A DNA stretch of 64,000 nt, taken from a virus. The stretch is from positions 64,001 to 128,000 of IMG/VR virus record IMGVR_UViG_3300044712_000815; one strand, written 5' to 3'. Below, one piece after another: positions 40,456 through 52,332 of the stretch (positions within the stretch are counted from its first letter, which is position 1; every line of letters begins with the position of its first letter). Both the position numbers and the translations under genes were made by a program. The notes under the pieces are model-generated. The model did not search any database, had not been told where the DNA came from, and worked only from the letters and a program-made list of their open reading frames with translations.

Positions 40456-42336
40456 TCATTTTACTTCTTCAAATTCTACATCGGTCACATCATCATTTTT
40501 TGATTGTGTCGATTCATTTTGGCAATTTTGATTACTTTGTTCACTTTGTTCACTTTGGCTGTAAATTTTGGTGCTGATGTTATTCCACACATCAGTTAAA
40601 CTTTTCGTATATTTTTCAACATCTACTAAGTTTTGTGCTTTATGCGATTCTTTCAATTTATTTAATTCGGCATTTAATTCTGATTTATCAGTTTCTGTCA
40701 ATTTTTCACCAAATTCTGTAATCTGTTTTTCTGTTTGAAAAATCAAAGAATCAGCTTGGTTTAAAGTATCAATTTTTTCTTTTTCTTTTTTATCAGATTC
40801 AGCATTTTCTTTTGCTTCCATTTTCATTTTTTCAATTTCATCTTTAGTAAGAGCTGTCGAACCTTCAATTCTAATTTTGTTTTCTTTATTTGTTGCTTTA
40901 TCTTTTGCTTTTACTGTTAATATAGAATTCGCATCCAAACTAAATTCAACTTCTATTTGAGGAACCCCACGCATAGCAGGCAAAATTCCGTCTAAATTAA
41001 AGGTTCCAAGATGTTTATTGTCCTTAAACATAGGTCTTTCCCCAGTTGCAATATTAATCTGAACCCCAGGTTGGTTGTCTTGTGCCGTTGAAAAAATTTG
41101 GGTTTTACTTACAGGAATTGTTGTATTTGCTTCAATCATCACCTGAAAAAGTTGCCCTTGAACTTCAATCCCAAATGGAAGTGCAGTCACATCAAGTAAT
41201 AAAATATCTGATGTTTCCCCTGCAATAATAGATCCCTGAATACAAGCACCTTGTGATATAGCGGTATCTGCATTTAAACTTCTGTTTGCTTTTTTACCAA
41301 AAAATTTTTCAACGCTTTCAACCAAATATGGAATTCTCGTGCTACCACCAACAAGCACAATGTCATCAATATCCGATGCATTCTTTCCACTTTTCTTAAG
41401 TGATGATTTAATTAATTCCAAAGTTTTATCAATATAAAATTGAATTAATTGATTAAATTTAGCAACATTTATAGTTTTAACTAAGTGTTTTGGAACATTA
41501 TCAATTACTGTGATATATGGCAAATTTATTTCAGTTTGTGTTGTATTTGACAATTCGATTTTCGCTTTCTCCGATGATTCGGTCAATCGTTGTAATGCCA
41601 TGGGATCAAGGCGAAGATCAACACCAAATTCTTTCTTAAAATCATCAGCAACATAATTGACTATAGCTTCATCAATTAAATTTCCACCCAAATCCAATGA
41701 ACCATCCGTTGCAATCACTTCAAAAATCCCATCATCTATATCCATGACAGAAAAATCCGAAGTGCATCCACCACTATCCACAATAAAATATAATTTACCT
41801 TTTTTATCTTTAATGTTTAGTGAAGCTGCTGTAGGTTCGGATATTATCCGGAGAACTTCAAGTCCAGCAATTTCACCAGCAACTTGGGTCGATTTTCTTT
41901 CATCGCTATTAAAGTACGCAGGAACAGTTATTATACATTGTTTAACTTCGAGTCCCAAATAATCTTCAGCAGTTTTTTTCATTTTTTGTAAGATCATTGC
42001 TGATATTTCTTCAGGTGAATATATTTTATCACCAATTTTAACTGCTGCTTTACCATTATTATCAACAATATCATATGGTCGTTTAAGATGTTTTACATCA
42101 TTATAACTACGACCCATCAATCTTTTAATATTAAAGATTGTGTTTTTTGGATTTAATGCTGCTTGTCTTTTTGCCGCATCTCCAACTTTAATTTCACCTG
42201 TTTTTGGATCAAAAGATACAATAGAAGATGTACTTGTTGATCCTTCTGAATTTGGTATAACAATAGTTTGTCCACCTTCCATTACAGAAACCGTACTAAA
42301 ATACGATCCCAAATCTATTCCGATTATTTTTCCCAT
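40456..42336 (-). CDS. dnaK: Hsp70 chaperone DnaK with divergent nucleotide-binding motifs
   Basis: GIDLG, ITVPAYF, EPTAA, LVGGSTRIP, LLLDV, GVPQIEV, C-terminal DVEFEEVK. Confidence 0.95.
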   Translation of the reverse strand: MGKIIGIDLGSYFSTVSVMEGGQTIVIPNSEGSTSTSSIVSFDPKTGEIKVGDAAKRQAALNPKNTIFNIKRLMGRSYNDVKHLKRPYDIVDNNGKAAVKIGDKIYSPEEISAMILQKMKKTAEDYLGLEVKQCIITVPAYFNSDERKSTQVAGEIAGLEVLRIISEPTAASLNIKDKKGKLYFIVDSGGCTSDFSVMDIDDGIFEVIATDGSLDLGGNLIDEAIVNYVADDFKKEFGVDLRLDPMALQRLTESSEKAKIELSNTTQTEINLPYITVIDNVPKHLVKTINVAKFNQLIQFYIDKTLELIKSSLKKSGKNASDIDDIVLVGGSTRIPYLVESVEKFFGKKANRSLNADTAISQGACIQGSIIAGETSDILLLDVTALPFGIEVQGQLFQVMIEANTTIPVSKTQIFSTAQDNQPGVQINIATGERPMFKDNKHLGTFNLDGILPAMRGVPQIEVEFSLDANSILTVKAKDKATNKENKIRIEGSTALTKDEIEKMKMEAKENAESDKKEKEKIDTLNQADSLIFQTEKQITEFGEKLTETDKSELNAELNKLKESHKAQNLVDVEKYTKSLTDVWNNISTKIYSQSEQSEQSNQNCQNESTQSKNDDVTDVEFEEVK

Positions 42337-42366
42337 ATAAATTTATTTATTTTTTTAACTGTTTTT

Positions 42367-42382
42367 TCAATCTTTGTGCCAA
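42367..42382 (-). promoter_or_regulatory. Sigma54-like -24/-12 element upstream of dnaK
   Basis: TTGGCAC-AAAGA-TTGA on the minus strand, 30 nt above the ATG. Confidence 0.45.
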
Positions 42383-42440
42383 TATAATTATTATGTCATA
42401 TTGTCAGGTTATTTAGAAAATAATGCCAATATTGGTAAAA

Positions 42441-45400
42441 TTATCTTATTTTCGAATTATCAGGTTTATCATTTCTTGTTTGTTTCAAATGTTCAACAAT
42501 ACATAATAAAGATTCCAATACTATTTTTTGCAATTCTTTATTTTCATTAGAATAACTTACATCAAATTTATCAATATCATAATAGCTAATATTTCCAATT
42601 TCAGTAATATTATCAAACAAAAAATTATCAGATAGGTGTTTTGGATTTTCGATAAGACTGAAATATTTTCGATTATAACAAAATTCTATTTTTTCTACAA
42701 ATCGTTTTTTCAAATCATCAAGTTGTTCTTTTTTCATAATGTTTATAATGTTTATAATGTTTATAATGTTTATAAATGTGTATTTTCTTCAAAAAAACCT
42801 TCCCAAACACAAATTTCTTCACCTTGTTCATTTTCGACTTTCCAATATAAATATCTTTCACCAGAATCATCAGGTTCGACAAGATTAGTATCTTTATTTA
42901 ATACATAAACCCGTTGCATACAGCATGAACCAATCACATTATATTTTTTACCTATTATTAATTCATCAATATCGAATATTGACCATTTATAATTTTTTCC
43001 TAATCGAATAACATCGCATCCACCACTATATGTTATTTCTTTTATTTCTGTTCTGTCCATTTTTTAAGATAGTTCATCTGTAAATATCAACCGATTTTGA
43101 ACAAACTTATAAAACTTTCCACGTAATTCATATTTTTCCCTATTTATAATATCATCACTTGGTTCAACATTTGCAATTCCCCTAATCATACGAATTGCTT
43201 GCATTATTACTTCGACATCATCAATTCTAATGTCTTTTTCTAATGTTACTGTAAATCCTTTTACTCGTTCTGTCATAATTTTAATTATCAAATATAAAAT
43301 ATACTGCTAATTTTATTAAACATATTAATAAAAATGCAACACCAAAACATCCAATAGCCACCAAAATATTTGATGCTAATGCCATAAATATAAATATTCC
43401 CAAAAATATGGAAATGATTATAAGCCATCCAATTACTTTTTTCATAATAAATCAGTTATATTTGTTGATTTTTTTTGTGTTAATATTGAATATGCATCAA
43501 ATATTGTATATGTCATCCGACCAACTGGATCAATTTCCAATTCTGAATAATTATCAAAATGAAATTCGAATTGAATACCACCACAAGCCATAGGATAAAT
43601 ATCAATTTTATCAGACAATAAATTATTTTTATTTAAATATGGTAATATATTTAAAGCTGAATTTATTGCTATATCAGAAATGATTTCAGAATCATGAGAA
43701 TTCCAGTTTTTTTCTAATTTAGCGAAACTATTTATTTTTTTAGTAAAAATTTCGATTATTTGATAATTTACTATTCCATAATTTTTGATGATAGGATTTT
43801 CTTCAAATTCTTTTATATTATCGCCTAAACACATAAGTTGTGAAAACATTAAACTACCATCGACATTTTCATTAGAAATTGCAATTATTTTTTCACATAT
43901 TTGTTTTAGGTTGTCAAAATTTTCTAATGTGAATGTTTTAGTTTCAAATTCTTTGACGAATTTATTATAAAGTTTATGATTTTCATCAACAGTACAAGAC
44001 ATACCCCAAAATGAAACATCAAAACAATTACCATTTTTAGTAATTGTTGCGGACACATCATCTAAATTATAATTTGGACCAACATAGCCTTTTGATGCTA
44101 ATGCACTAATGGCAAGTGATCTTAATTCGGTATTTGGTTTTGCTATCATATTTTAGTTATAGTTAAACTATTTCATTAATTGATATTCCATTTTGAAAAT
44201 ATGTATCTAGTTGTGTACCAGTTTGAATTTTTTCAGAATTAGCTTTTTCCTTCCATTCAATCCAATTGGTTATAAGGGATAAATCATAATCATTAAAAAA
44301 ATCTGATAAAACAATACGTAATTTTTTTAATTGATCAACATCTTTATTCCAAATACTTAAACTAATAATCGAATCATCGGGTTTACCATTTTTTTTATTT
44401 GTGGCAATTTCTTTTTCTAACTGATTCCATTCATCATCAGTATATTTGTTTCTTAAATTTCCCATTATAATTATTCACTTAAACGTTCCACCACATCAAA
44501 CCCCATATCATAAAGAGCAAGTATTATCATTTTCAAATCACCAGTATCAATCCTATTGTTTGGGGTTTCTAACCCTAAGTTAGTTCGATACTTCTTTATC
44601 ATTTCATTGCTTTTTACATCAAGCATAAATAAGTCCATTGGGTTTATCTTTCTACCGTAATTGTTTTTCATAGACATATACCCTTTACATCTTCTATTTT
44701 TTCGATTATACCAATTTGTTTTTTTGGTTCTAGATAATCATTCAATTTTTTTGGAATATCTTCGATTTTTAAATCTGTAAAAAAATGATCAGTATCTTGT
44801 AGAATATTTCCTATTCTACCGTCATCCATTTTTGCTAGTGTGTGATAATTAACTTTGTAACTCATAATTTTAATTTATTTTTTAATCTAATGTTAACATT
44901 TCTTCATCTATTTGTTCTAATGTTAAATTATGTTCTGATTGTAATTTTTCAACAACAAATTCTAATCTTTCTACTGCAAATGTTTCTTTTTGTCCTTCTA
45001 TTGTGGGAACTAAAACATTTCCCAAAGATTCAAGGATTGAAATTAATTTTTTAGTTTCTCGTAATAAATGGTCTTTTGTCATAATTTTATTTTTAATTTT
45101 TTATTTACCAAGCATCGTTTCTAGGTGGAATATATGATAAATCAGTTAAAACATAATCATGATTTTGTAAATCATCTTCGCTTGTTATTATGAAATTATA
45201 AAATCCATTATGAATAACTTCTTCTAATAAATTAGCTAATTCTGAATCTGACAATTCATCAATTTCATTAAGTTTCTTTTTTATTGCAGCTATTGCAAAT
45301 TCCCGTGTAACAAAATGTGTAGATTTTATGCTCATTTTACCATTTATTATCATATTTACACCAATCATTATTATCTTCATCCCAATGTCTAGAATCTATA

Positions 45401-47907
45401 TGACTATAACAGATATGTAGACCAAATAGATTAATAGTAAATCTAAATCCGGCATGATCAGTTTTATAATTTTTAGAAATATATAATCCTAAAATATTTA
45501 GAAAATCGACATTCAAAACATATTCTTTATTATATTCTCTTGGTAGTGCAATATTAAAGAATATTTCGAATAATATTTCGAAATTTAAATAAATTTCAAA
45601 TTCTTTAAATTTATTTTTTTTGACATTAGAAACCCAACAAAACAAATTTTTCATATTTTTTTAGTATTAATTGAATCAACAATATCGTGTGCTAATTTAA
45701 TTCCAATATCTGATATGCTTCTTAAATACATAACAGAATGAAATTTACCATTACCTTTTCCAGGTTCATATGTATCAAGTAATATTGAAACTAATTTCGT
45801 TCTAACATCATCTTTAAGAATGAAATTTCCATTTACTATATCAAATATTTCTTTCAGTTCTATCATTTCTTTCGATATTTCTTTTTTAAGTTCTGTTTTA
45901 AGAATGAAATATTTATCATTTATGTTAAAATTGTTCATTTTCTTTCATTATTGTTAGTGCATCAATAATACCTACTTCTAATGCTTGTTCGTATGTTCTA
46001 TACAAAAGCCATTCTTGATTTTTGTGATGAATCCAACCCCATTCTTTTTCAGCTAGATCGTTTGGATTACCAAAGAATTGATCTATTCGATAACAGAATT
46101 TTGGTTCACATGTTTGATCTACTTCAACGATAACAAATATTTGTTTTTTTCTCAACCATTGTTGAAGTAAACTGATGTCCAATTGCCCAATTGATTTGTT
46201 CTTTATGATATATTCCAAATTCAGGTTCAAATTTTCTTCAAATTCACTATTTTCTGTCAAATGCAGGGATTGACAAGGAGGTAACTGAAACATTCGCACT
46301 CGTTTATTCATAATTAATAATAATTATTTATTTTTTGCGAATATATGAATAGTTTTTAGATTAACAAATTTTTTGTAGATTTTTTATTTTTTTAAGTTTG
46401 TTCTTTCTATTGAATCTAATATGTTCCACATCATCATTAAATTCATAAAGGATATCATCAATAACTTCGTAATTGTCAAATTTCATATGAAATGTTTGTC
46501 TAGAATTATCCATAAAATCATACATTGTAACATTAAAACCATCATCAGTAATATGGAATATTTTTAATGTGTGATTAAAATATTGATTACATAGTGCCGC
46601 AATAATAGCAGAAAATTTTAATTCGTTTGTTTTAACATTCATAACAAAATCCATTGTAGCACAATTTGATGGTATTCCCCATAAACCATTTTCTTGTTTA
46701 TTTTGATTTATTTTAATTATTTTCATCAATTTAAATTGTATTACAATTTACAATCAAAGCAAAGTTCAGCATTACGGGCTTCATCTAAACTGATTATAGA
46801 TACTTCACATCCAGCATTTAATAATGCTAATTGTTCTTTTTTATCTTCTTTACTAAGTGGATTATCATCAATAACACGCAATAATCTTGCTTTTCCACAT
46901 TTACATTTAAACATTTGTATTTTAATTTCCATATTTTTTAATTTTAACATATTTAAACCATTTCATAGGCACATCATCACTATGGTATTTAATAATGGTA
47001 TAATAATCTAAAATTACCCACAATAATCCATGATATTCAATATCAATTTGCCAATTATTATTTGATAAATTTATTTTAAAATCCCAAATAAAGATGATAT
47101 AAAATATTAGTAAATAAATAAATATTTTCATTCGTTATTTAAATCATTAATGGTTTGATTGAATTTATTTCCAACTTCAGATAATAATTCCAATTGTTCT
47201 TTGATTTTATTAATATTTTCATTCAAATCTTGTTGAAAATCAAATGGTTTTTCTTCATTCGTATGAAGTTCATTTAATCTTTCATATAATGTTGTCAATT
47301 TAATATTTTTTTTAACATGATCATCGTTATCTATATCATATTCAGTTTCTTCAAAAAATGTTTCTAGTTCAATTGCTTTATTTTTTACTTCTTGTATTTC
47401 GGATAATCGTTCATCAGAAAAACTACTAAATTTAAAATTAAATTCTTCATCTTTTAATGGACAAGATTCAATTACATTAAATTCGTTATATGGATCAATA
47501 ATTTGTTCTTCAAATTCTACTTGTAAAAACCCAGATAATGAACATTCATATATTGATTTATTATAATCTTCAAAATCATATATTGTATGTAAAAATGGGC
47601 AATTCCCACAAAAGTTAACTGTTTTTTTCATATTTTTTATTATTTTTTATAAGTCTTCTAAAACTTTATAATTAATTAATTTTTCATATTCTTCATTTTT
47701 AAGAAATATTACATAATTAGCAGTATCTACATTTTCTTGTTCAGATAAATCTGCATTAACCAAAATACCATTTCTTAGTTCACATAGTTTTAAAAGATAA
47801 TTACACATATCTTCATCATCTTTTCTATCTACATGATAATTATCAGTAAAATCATAAAATTTCTGCCATAAAATTATTTTACTTCTTCTTATTATTTTCA
47901 TAACCAA
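42441..47907 (-). CDS. Run of about 18 small hypothetical genes (phage accessory region)
   Basis: Contiguous, often overlapping minus-strand ORFs of 65-235 aa; no family recognised with confidence. Confidence 0.6.
42736..42774. repeat. Intergenic 9-nt tandem repeat (ataatgttt) x4
   Basis: Directly visible. Confidence 0.9.
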
Positions 47908-48975
47908 TTATTTGATATATATTCCAATTCGTTAAATTCACAATCAACTGTGTATCCTGTTAACCATTTAATTAATCTTACATCTGATGTTGTTATTTTA
48001 TCATCAATTTTAATAAGTTTACCAGATATATTTTTACAATCATTGTGTGCAAATTTACACATACCATTTTTATGTAATGTACAAATATGTTTATCTTTAT
48101 ATATTATAGAATGTTTAAATGGTATATCTACTTGTTCTACATCAGAATTATCGTGGGTTTTCTTAAAATCTAAACATTTATCTTTCATAATACATTTAGA
48201 ACACCGCATATCATTAGGTCTATAATAATGTGCATTATAATCCCTATCCATAGAATGTAAATAGCTAATCAAACAAGATGTTTTTTTAAATGTAGGTACA
48301 TTATATTTAAAATATATTTTCAACATCATTTGAAATATATTTTTTAAGTCCAAAATCATATCCTTTATATGGTTCGAAACTTATATTCATTTCTAATAAA
48401 TATTGTTTCAATTCATCATTTACTTGCAACCCACAAAATCCAATAGGTGCATTATATTTATTTGCTATTTTATAAATATTTTCGATTATATCAGATGAAT
48501 CGTTTATATTTTTTATAACAGGTCTATATTCTATTGAATATTTATATTTTAATGTTGATGCAATATTAAGATTATTTTCAAATGTTTTTAAATTTCCACC
48601 ATCATATTCAGAATCAATTCCAAATGTTGAAAAAGCAAAATGTAAATCTAAATTAAAATTTAATTGTGGAAATTTTGAAAAGTCACCTTTTGTTATAATG
48701 ACAACAGGTGCTTTATGTTGTGATTTTTCAAGTAATCTTAAATATTTTATTGTATTATCAATTTGCAATATTGGATCACCATAAAATAAATTAACAGCTA
48801 CTGGTATATTTGTAAATAATGGATTTATATCAACTGGAATTTTATTGTAATTTATTTTTTTATTAGATTCACCAATCAATCGACAATAACAGCAATTATA
48901 ACATTTTGGTAATGAATTTCCAATCATATAAAATGATTTGGTGAAGCAAGCATCTTTATATAAATTATTTTTCAT
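47898..48975 (-). pseudogene. Radical-SAM-like gene split by a +1 frameshift at about 48310
   Basis: Cys cluster CYNCCYC in ORF 48307-48975; ...ENIF* can continue as KYNVPTFKKTSC in ORF 47898-48359. Confidence 0.55.
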
Positions 48976-48991
48976 AAATTATCATCCAAAT

Positions 48992-49324
48992 TTATAATTT
49001 GAAAAAATTATCTTCATAATTTTCATAAAAATGTTTTATTTTTTCAATTTGTTCATCTAGATTTATATCTAAACCTTTTTTATATCTATAAAATGATCTA
49101 AGTATTATGCCACTCATATCATCAGGTTCTGTTATACCAATACTAATAAACCATTGTTTCAATTTACTATCAGTCCACAATCCCCAACTATTTCTAAGCC
49201 ATCTACCTGTTGTGGAATGATATGCAGCAATTGCGCTATCTTCTGTTTCTGCTAACCATTGATCAAGACCTTCACTTTGATCTAATTCAATATAACATTC
49301 TTCTAATGTTTCTGGTATTTTCAT
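48992..49324 (-). CDS. DUF6794-like protein
   Basis: H..GRWLRNSWGLW..S.L..WF...GI..PDDMSGIIL. Confidence 0.6.
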   Translation of the reverse strand: MKIPETLEECYIELDQSEGLDQWLAETEDSAIAAYHSTTGRWLRNSWGLWTDSKLKQWFISIGITEPDDMSGIILRSFYRYKKGLDINLDEQIEKIKHFYENYEDNFFKL

Positions 49325-49533
49325 ATTTTAAATTTTTTTGTACCGTATGTAATAGTTGGACTAAATGATAATTTTCCATCATTTTTAGAAACATATTTCC
49401 ATATTTTATAAAATATGTAAAATATAATAAGACTAATTATAACCCCAACCCAACCCCACAATATTCCAAACACAATTTGCATTGCCGGTGGACCGAATAA
49501 ATTCATTAATATAAATAATGTTTTTTCAATCAT
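49321..49533 (-). CDS. Small membrane protein
   Basis: Hydrophobic segments. Confidence 0.6.
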   Translation of the reverse strand: MIEKTLFILMNLFGPPAMQIVFGILWGWVGVIISLIIFYIFYKIWKYVSKNDGKLSFSPTITYGTKKFKI

Positions 49534-49612
49534 TTTTGAATATAATTTTTTTAATTATATAAATATATACAACAAATGTTTAAAAATAATATTTATGTGT
49601 ATAATTGCACTA

Positions 49613-50932
49613 CTAATTTTTAGCTAAAGAACAACCACATTCTTCATTTAATTCGTGTTTACTAATTCCGTTGAAGGAACAAGATAAACTATAGTTAAAT
49701 AAACTTAAATCTATTTTATTTAAAAAGTCCGTGCCAGACAACATTTCAATTTCTTTTTTACCAATATTTACACTACTATTCAAATCTCTTTGATAAATTT
49801 TACCACAATTAGGACAAATATATTGTCTAATTGATGGATTTTTATATACCCGATCACCACAAAAATAACAATCACTAGTTGTGTGTTTTTCACTATTAAC
49901 TATTAATGTTTTACCACATTTTTTGGATTGATGTTCCAAAATATTTCTAAACATTCCAATCATTTCCTGATTTAACATACTTCTGTGCATTGTGTCAAAT
50001 TTAGCAGTATTTAAATCTGGTGTATAATCACCAATAATAATTAAATCGTAATTTTTAAATAAATAATTAGAAATAGTATTACAATATGTCTTTTTTTGTT
50101 CTCGAATTTTATCATATACTTTAATTAATTTATTTTTTAATCTATTGTATTCTTTTGTGTATTGTTTAAATTTTACATTATAATTTTTATCGCCATTAAT
50201 TAAATATTTTTTCTTTTTATCCATTATTGATTTAATTTCATCTATTTGTTTATCACCATATTTTATAAAATTGTTTTTATTAAAAATTATAGTTTTACCA
50301 TTATTATCAACTGCACAAAAAAAGTTTTTGTGGTTTTGATCTATTGAAATCCAATTTTTAATATCTTTCTTTATTGGATCAAGCATATCAAATGTTAAAT
50401 TGATATAATATTTATTTGATTTTTTACAAATTCTTAATGTTTTTAGTTTACCCGATCTTAATTTATTTTTTAATTGTGCTTTTATTTTTATTCGTTTACC
50501 ATTAATATCTTTTCCACAAGATAAAATAAATTCATTATCATTTATTGAATAACCAATATATGGTTCATCATAATATAATGAAAACCATTTCTTTTTCCAT
50601 GATCTAAAATGTGGATAACCTTTATTATTCTTAAAAAATCCCTTAAATGCAAATTCTAATCTTGTTGCTACTTCTTTAAGTGGTTTACTATATATTGTGT
50701 TAATGAAATTATAATCTGTTGTTTTTTTCATATTATTTACCATATAATTTCTCAACCCATTTCTTTTATTTAATAATGGTTTATTTAAATTAGTTAACTT
50801 AAATTCTTTATATTGATTTATGGATAATTCTAATAAATGATTATATAACCAATTTAATATTTTACTTTGACCATCCAATATTAATTTATTTTCATTATCT
50901 AGTATTAATTCTATATTTTGACTATAAATCAT
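49613..50932 (-). mobile_element. tnpB: TnpB (IS200/IS605-family RNA-guided nuclease), no TnpA nearby
   Basis: GYPHFRS, WISIDQNHKN (RuvC-I), IIIGDY, EKHTTSDCYFCG..CPNCG, RDLNSSVNI (RuvC-III). Confidence 0.9.
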
Positions 50933-51096
50933 AATATATTAATTTCATTTTTGTCGATCACATTGTATTCGATTAAATCTTTAAGTATTAGATACTCTAC
51001 ATATTTTGAAGAATTTTCCATATTTTCCAATAAATATTCTTTGATTTTTGGATTTACTGCTACCGAAATACTAACTTTAGTTTTAATCTTTTTCAT
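50929..51096 (-). CDS. RHH-like protein coupled to tnpB (55 aa, not in the ORF track)
   Basis: MKKIKTKVSISVAVNPKIKEYL...NSSKYVEYLI; ATGA overlap with tnpB. Confidence 0.7.
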   Translation of the reverse strand: MKKIKTKVSISVAVNPKIKEYLLENMENSSKYVEYLILKDLIEYNVIDKNEINIL

Positions 51097-51196
51097 TTTA
51101 TTGTTGTTTTATTACTATATATAAATAAAATAAAGTCATATTTTTCTATTTTTAAACATTTTTAATATTTAAGTATATATAAGTAAAAAAAATTAT

Positions 51197-51349
51197 ATGG
51201 CAAGACCTAAAATAATAGACAAGAAAATAACTATGTCATTGACAATAAATGAATTATTGAATGAAAAATTAGAAAAATATCTTAATGAGAAAAAATTAAG
51301 TAAATCTGAATATATTGAAAATTTAATAAAAAAAGATAAAAATCTATGA
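51197..51349 (+). CDS. RHH-like protein (50 aa, not in the ORF track)
   Basis: MARPKIIDKKITMSLTINELL...SKSEYIENLI; ATGA overlap with the next gene. Confidence 0.7.
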   Translation: MARPKIIDKKITMSLTINELLNEKLEKYLNEKKLSKSEYIENLIKKDKNL

Positions 51350-52113
51350 CACCATATATAATATCAGCTTCTCGTCGTGAAGATATTCCAGCTTGGAAAG
51401 TTGAATGGTTTTTAGACCGAATTAAAGAAGGTAAAGTTGAAATGTGTAGTTCCTTCGCTGAATATGAAATATCCTTTGAAAAGACCAAATTGATAGTATT
51501 TTGGACTAAAAACCCAAGACCACTAATGGAACATTTGAAAGAAATACCTTTCAAGTATTATTTTCATTATACATTAAATGATTATCCGGAATATGAATTG
51601 AATGTACCACCATTAAATGATAGAATTCAAACTTTTATAGATTTATCAAATATGATAGGTAAGAAAAAAGTAATTTGGAGATTCGATCCTATTATAATTA
51701 ATGATCAAATATCAGTTGATGAAATAATAAAAAGAATTAAAAATATTGGTGACCAAATTTATCCATATACTGAAAAATTAGTATTTAGTTTTGTTGATCC
51801 ATATGTGAAACTTAAAAATCAATTTAATAGTATAAATAACGAAACACAATTAAAAATTGTAAATGAACTAAAAAAACTTAATTTATCCTGGAATTTAGAA
51901 TTGGCAACATGCGCTGAAAACAATGAATTTGAAGGAATTGAACACAATAAATGTATTGATCCCGAATTAATTAAACGGATATGTGGAAATAAACGATGGA
52001 TTAGTGACACAAAAGATAAAGCACAACGAAAGTTATGTGGTTGTATAACATCAGGTGATATTGGATCATTTAGAGAATGTTCACATTCATGTACATATTG
52101 TTACGCAAAATAA
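51346..52113 (+). CDS. DUF1848-family protein
   Basis: IISASRREDIPA, VFWTKNP, WRFDPI, QR..CGC..S.DIG...C.H.C.YCYA. Confidence 0.85.
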   Translation: MTPYIISASRREDIPAWKVEWFLDRIKEGKVEMCSSFAEYEISFEKTKLIVFWTKNPRPLMEHLKEIPFKYYFHYTLNDYPEYELNVPPLNDRIQTFIDLSNMIGKKKVIWRFDPIIINDQISVDEIIKRIKNIGDQIYPYTEKLVFSFVDPYVKLKNQFNSINNETQLKIVNELKKLNLSWNLELATCAENNEFEGIEHNKCIDPELIKRICGNKRWISDTKDKAQRKLCGCITSGDIGSFRECSHSCTYCYAK

Positions 52114-52122
52114 AAATAAAAT

Positions 52123-52332
52123 ATGACACAAAAAGAAATTGATTTAGTATATGAATTAACTATAAGCATATATCAAGATAAGTGGTTTAAAGAAAAAAAA
52201 AGAACCCGTGATGAAGTACAAGACTGGGTTAGAAAACAACTAGCATCATTTGAAATATACACTATGCCATGTGGTATGAGTTGGGGTGTTTTATGTAGTG
52301 AAGAATTATATAATGAAATTGGTAATATATGA
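52123..52332 (+). CDS. Hypothetical protein
   Basis: 69-aa ORF. Confidence 0.6.
   Translation: MTQKEIDLVYELTISIYQDKWFKEKKRTRDEVQDWVRKQLASFEIYTMPCGMSWGVLCSEELYNEIGNI

Noticed and set aside
49560-51200. Complete IS605/IS607 element
   Set aside because: No Y1 or serine transposase is adjacent, and no convincing subterminal hairpin ends were identified
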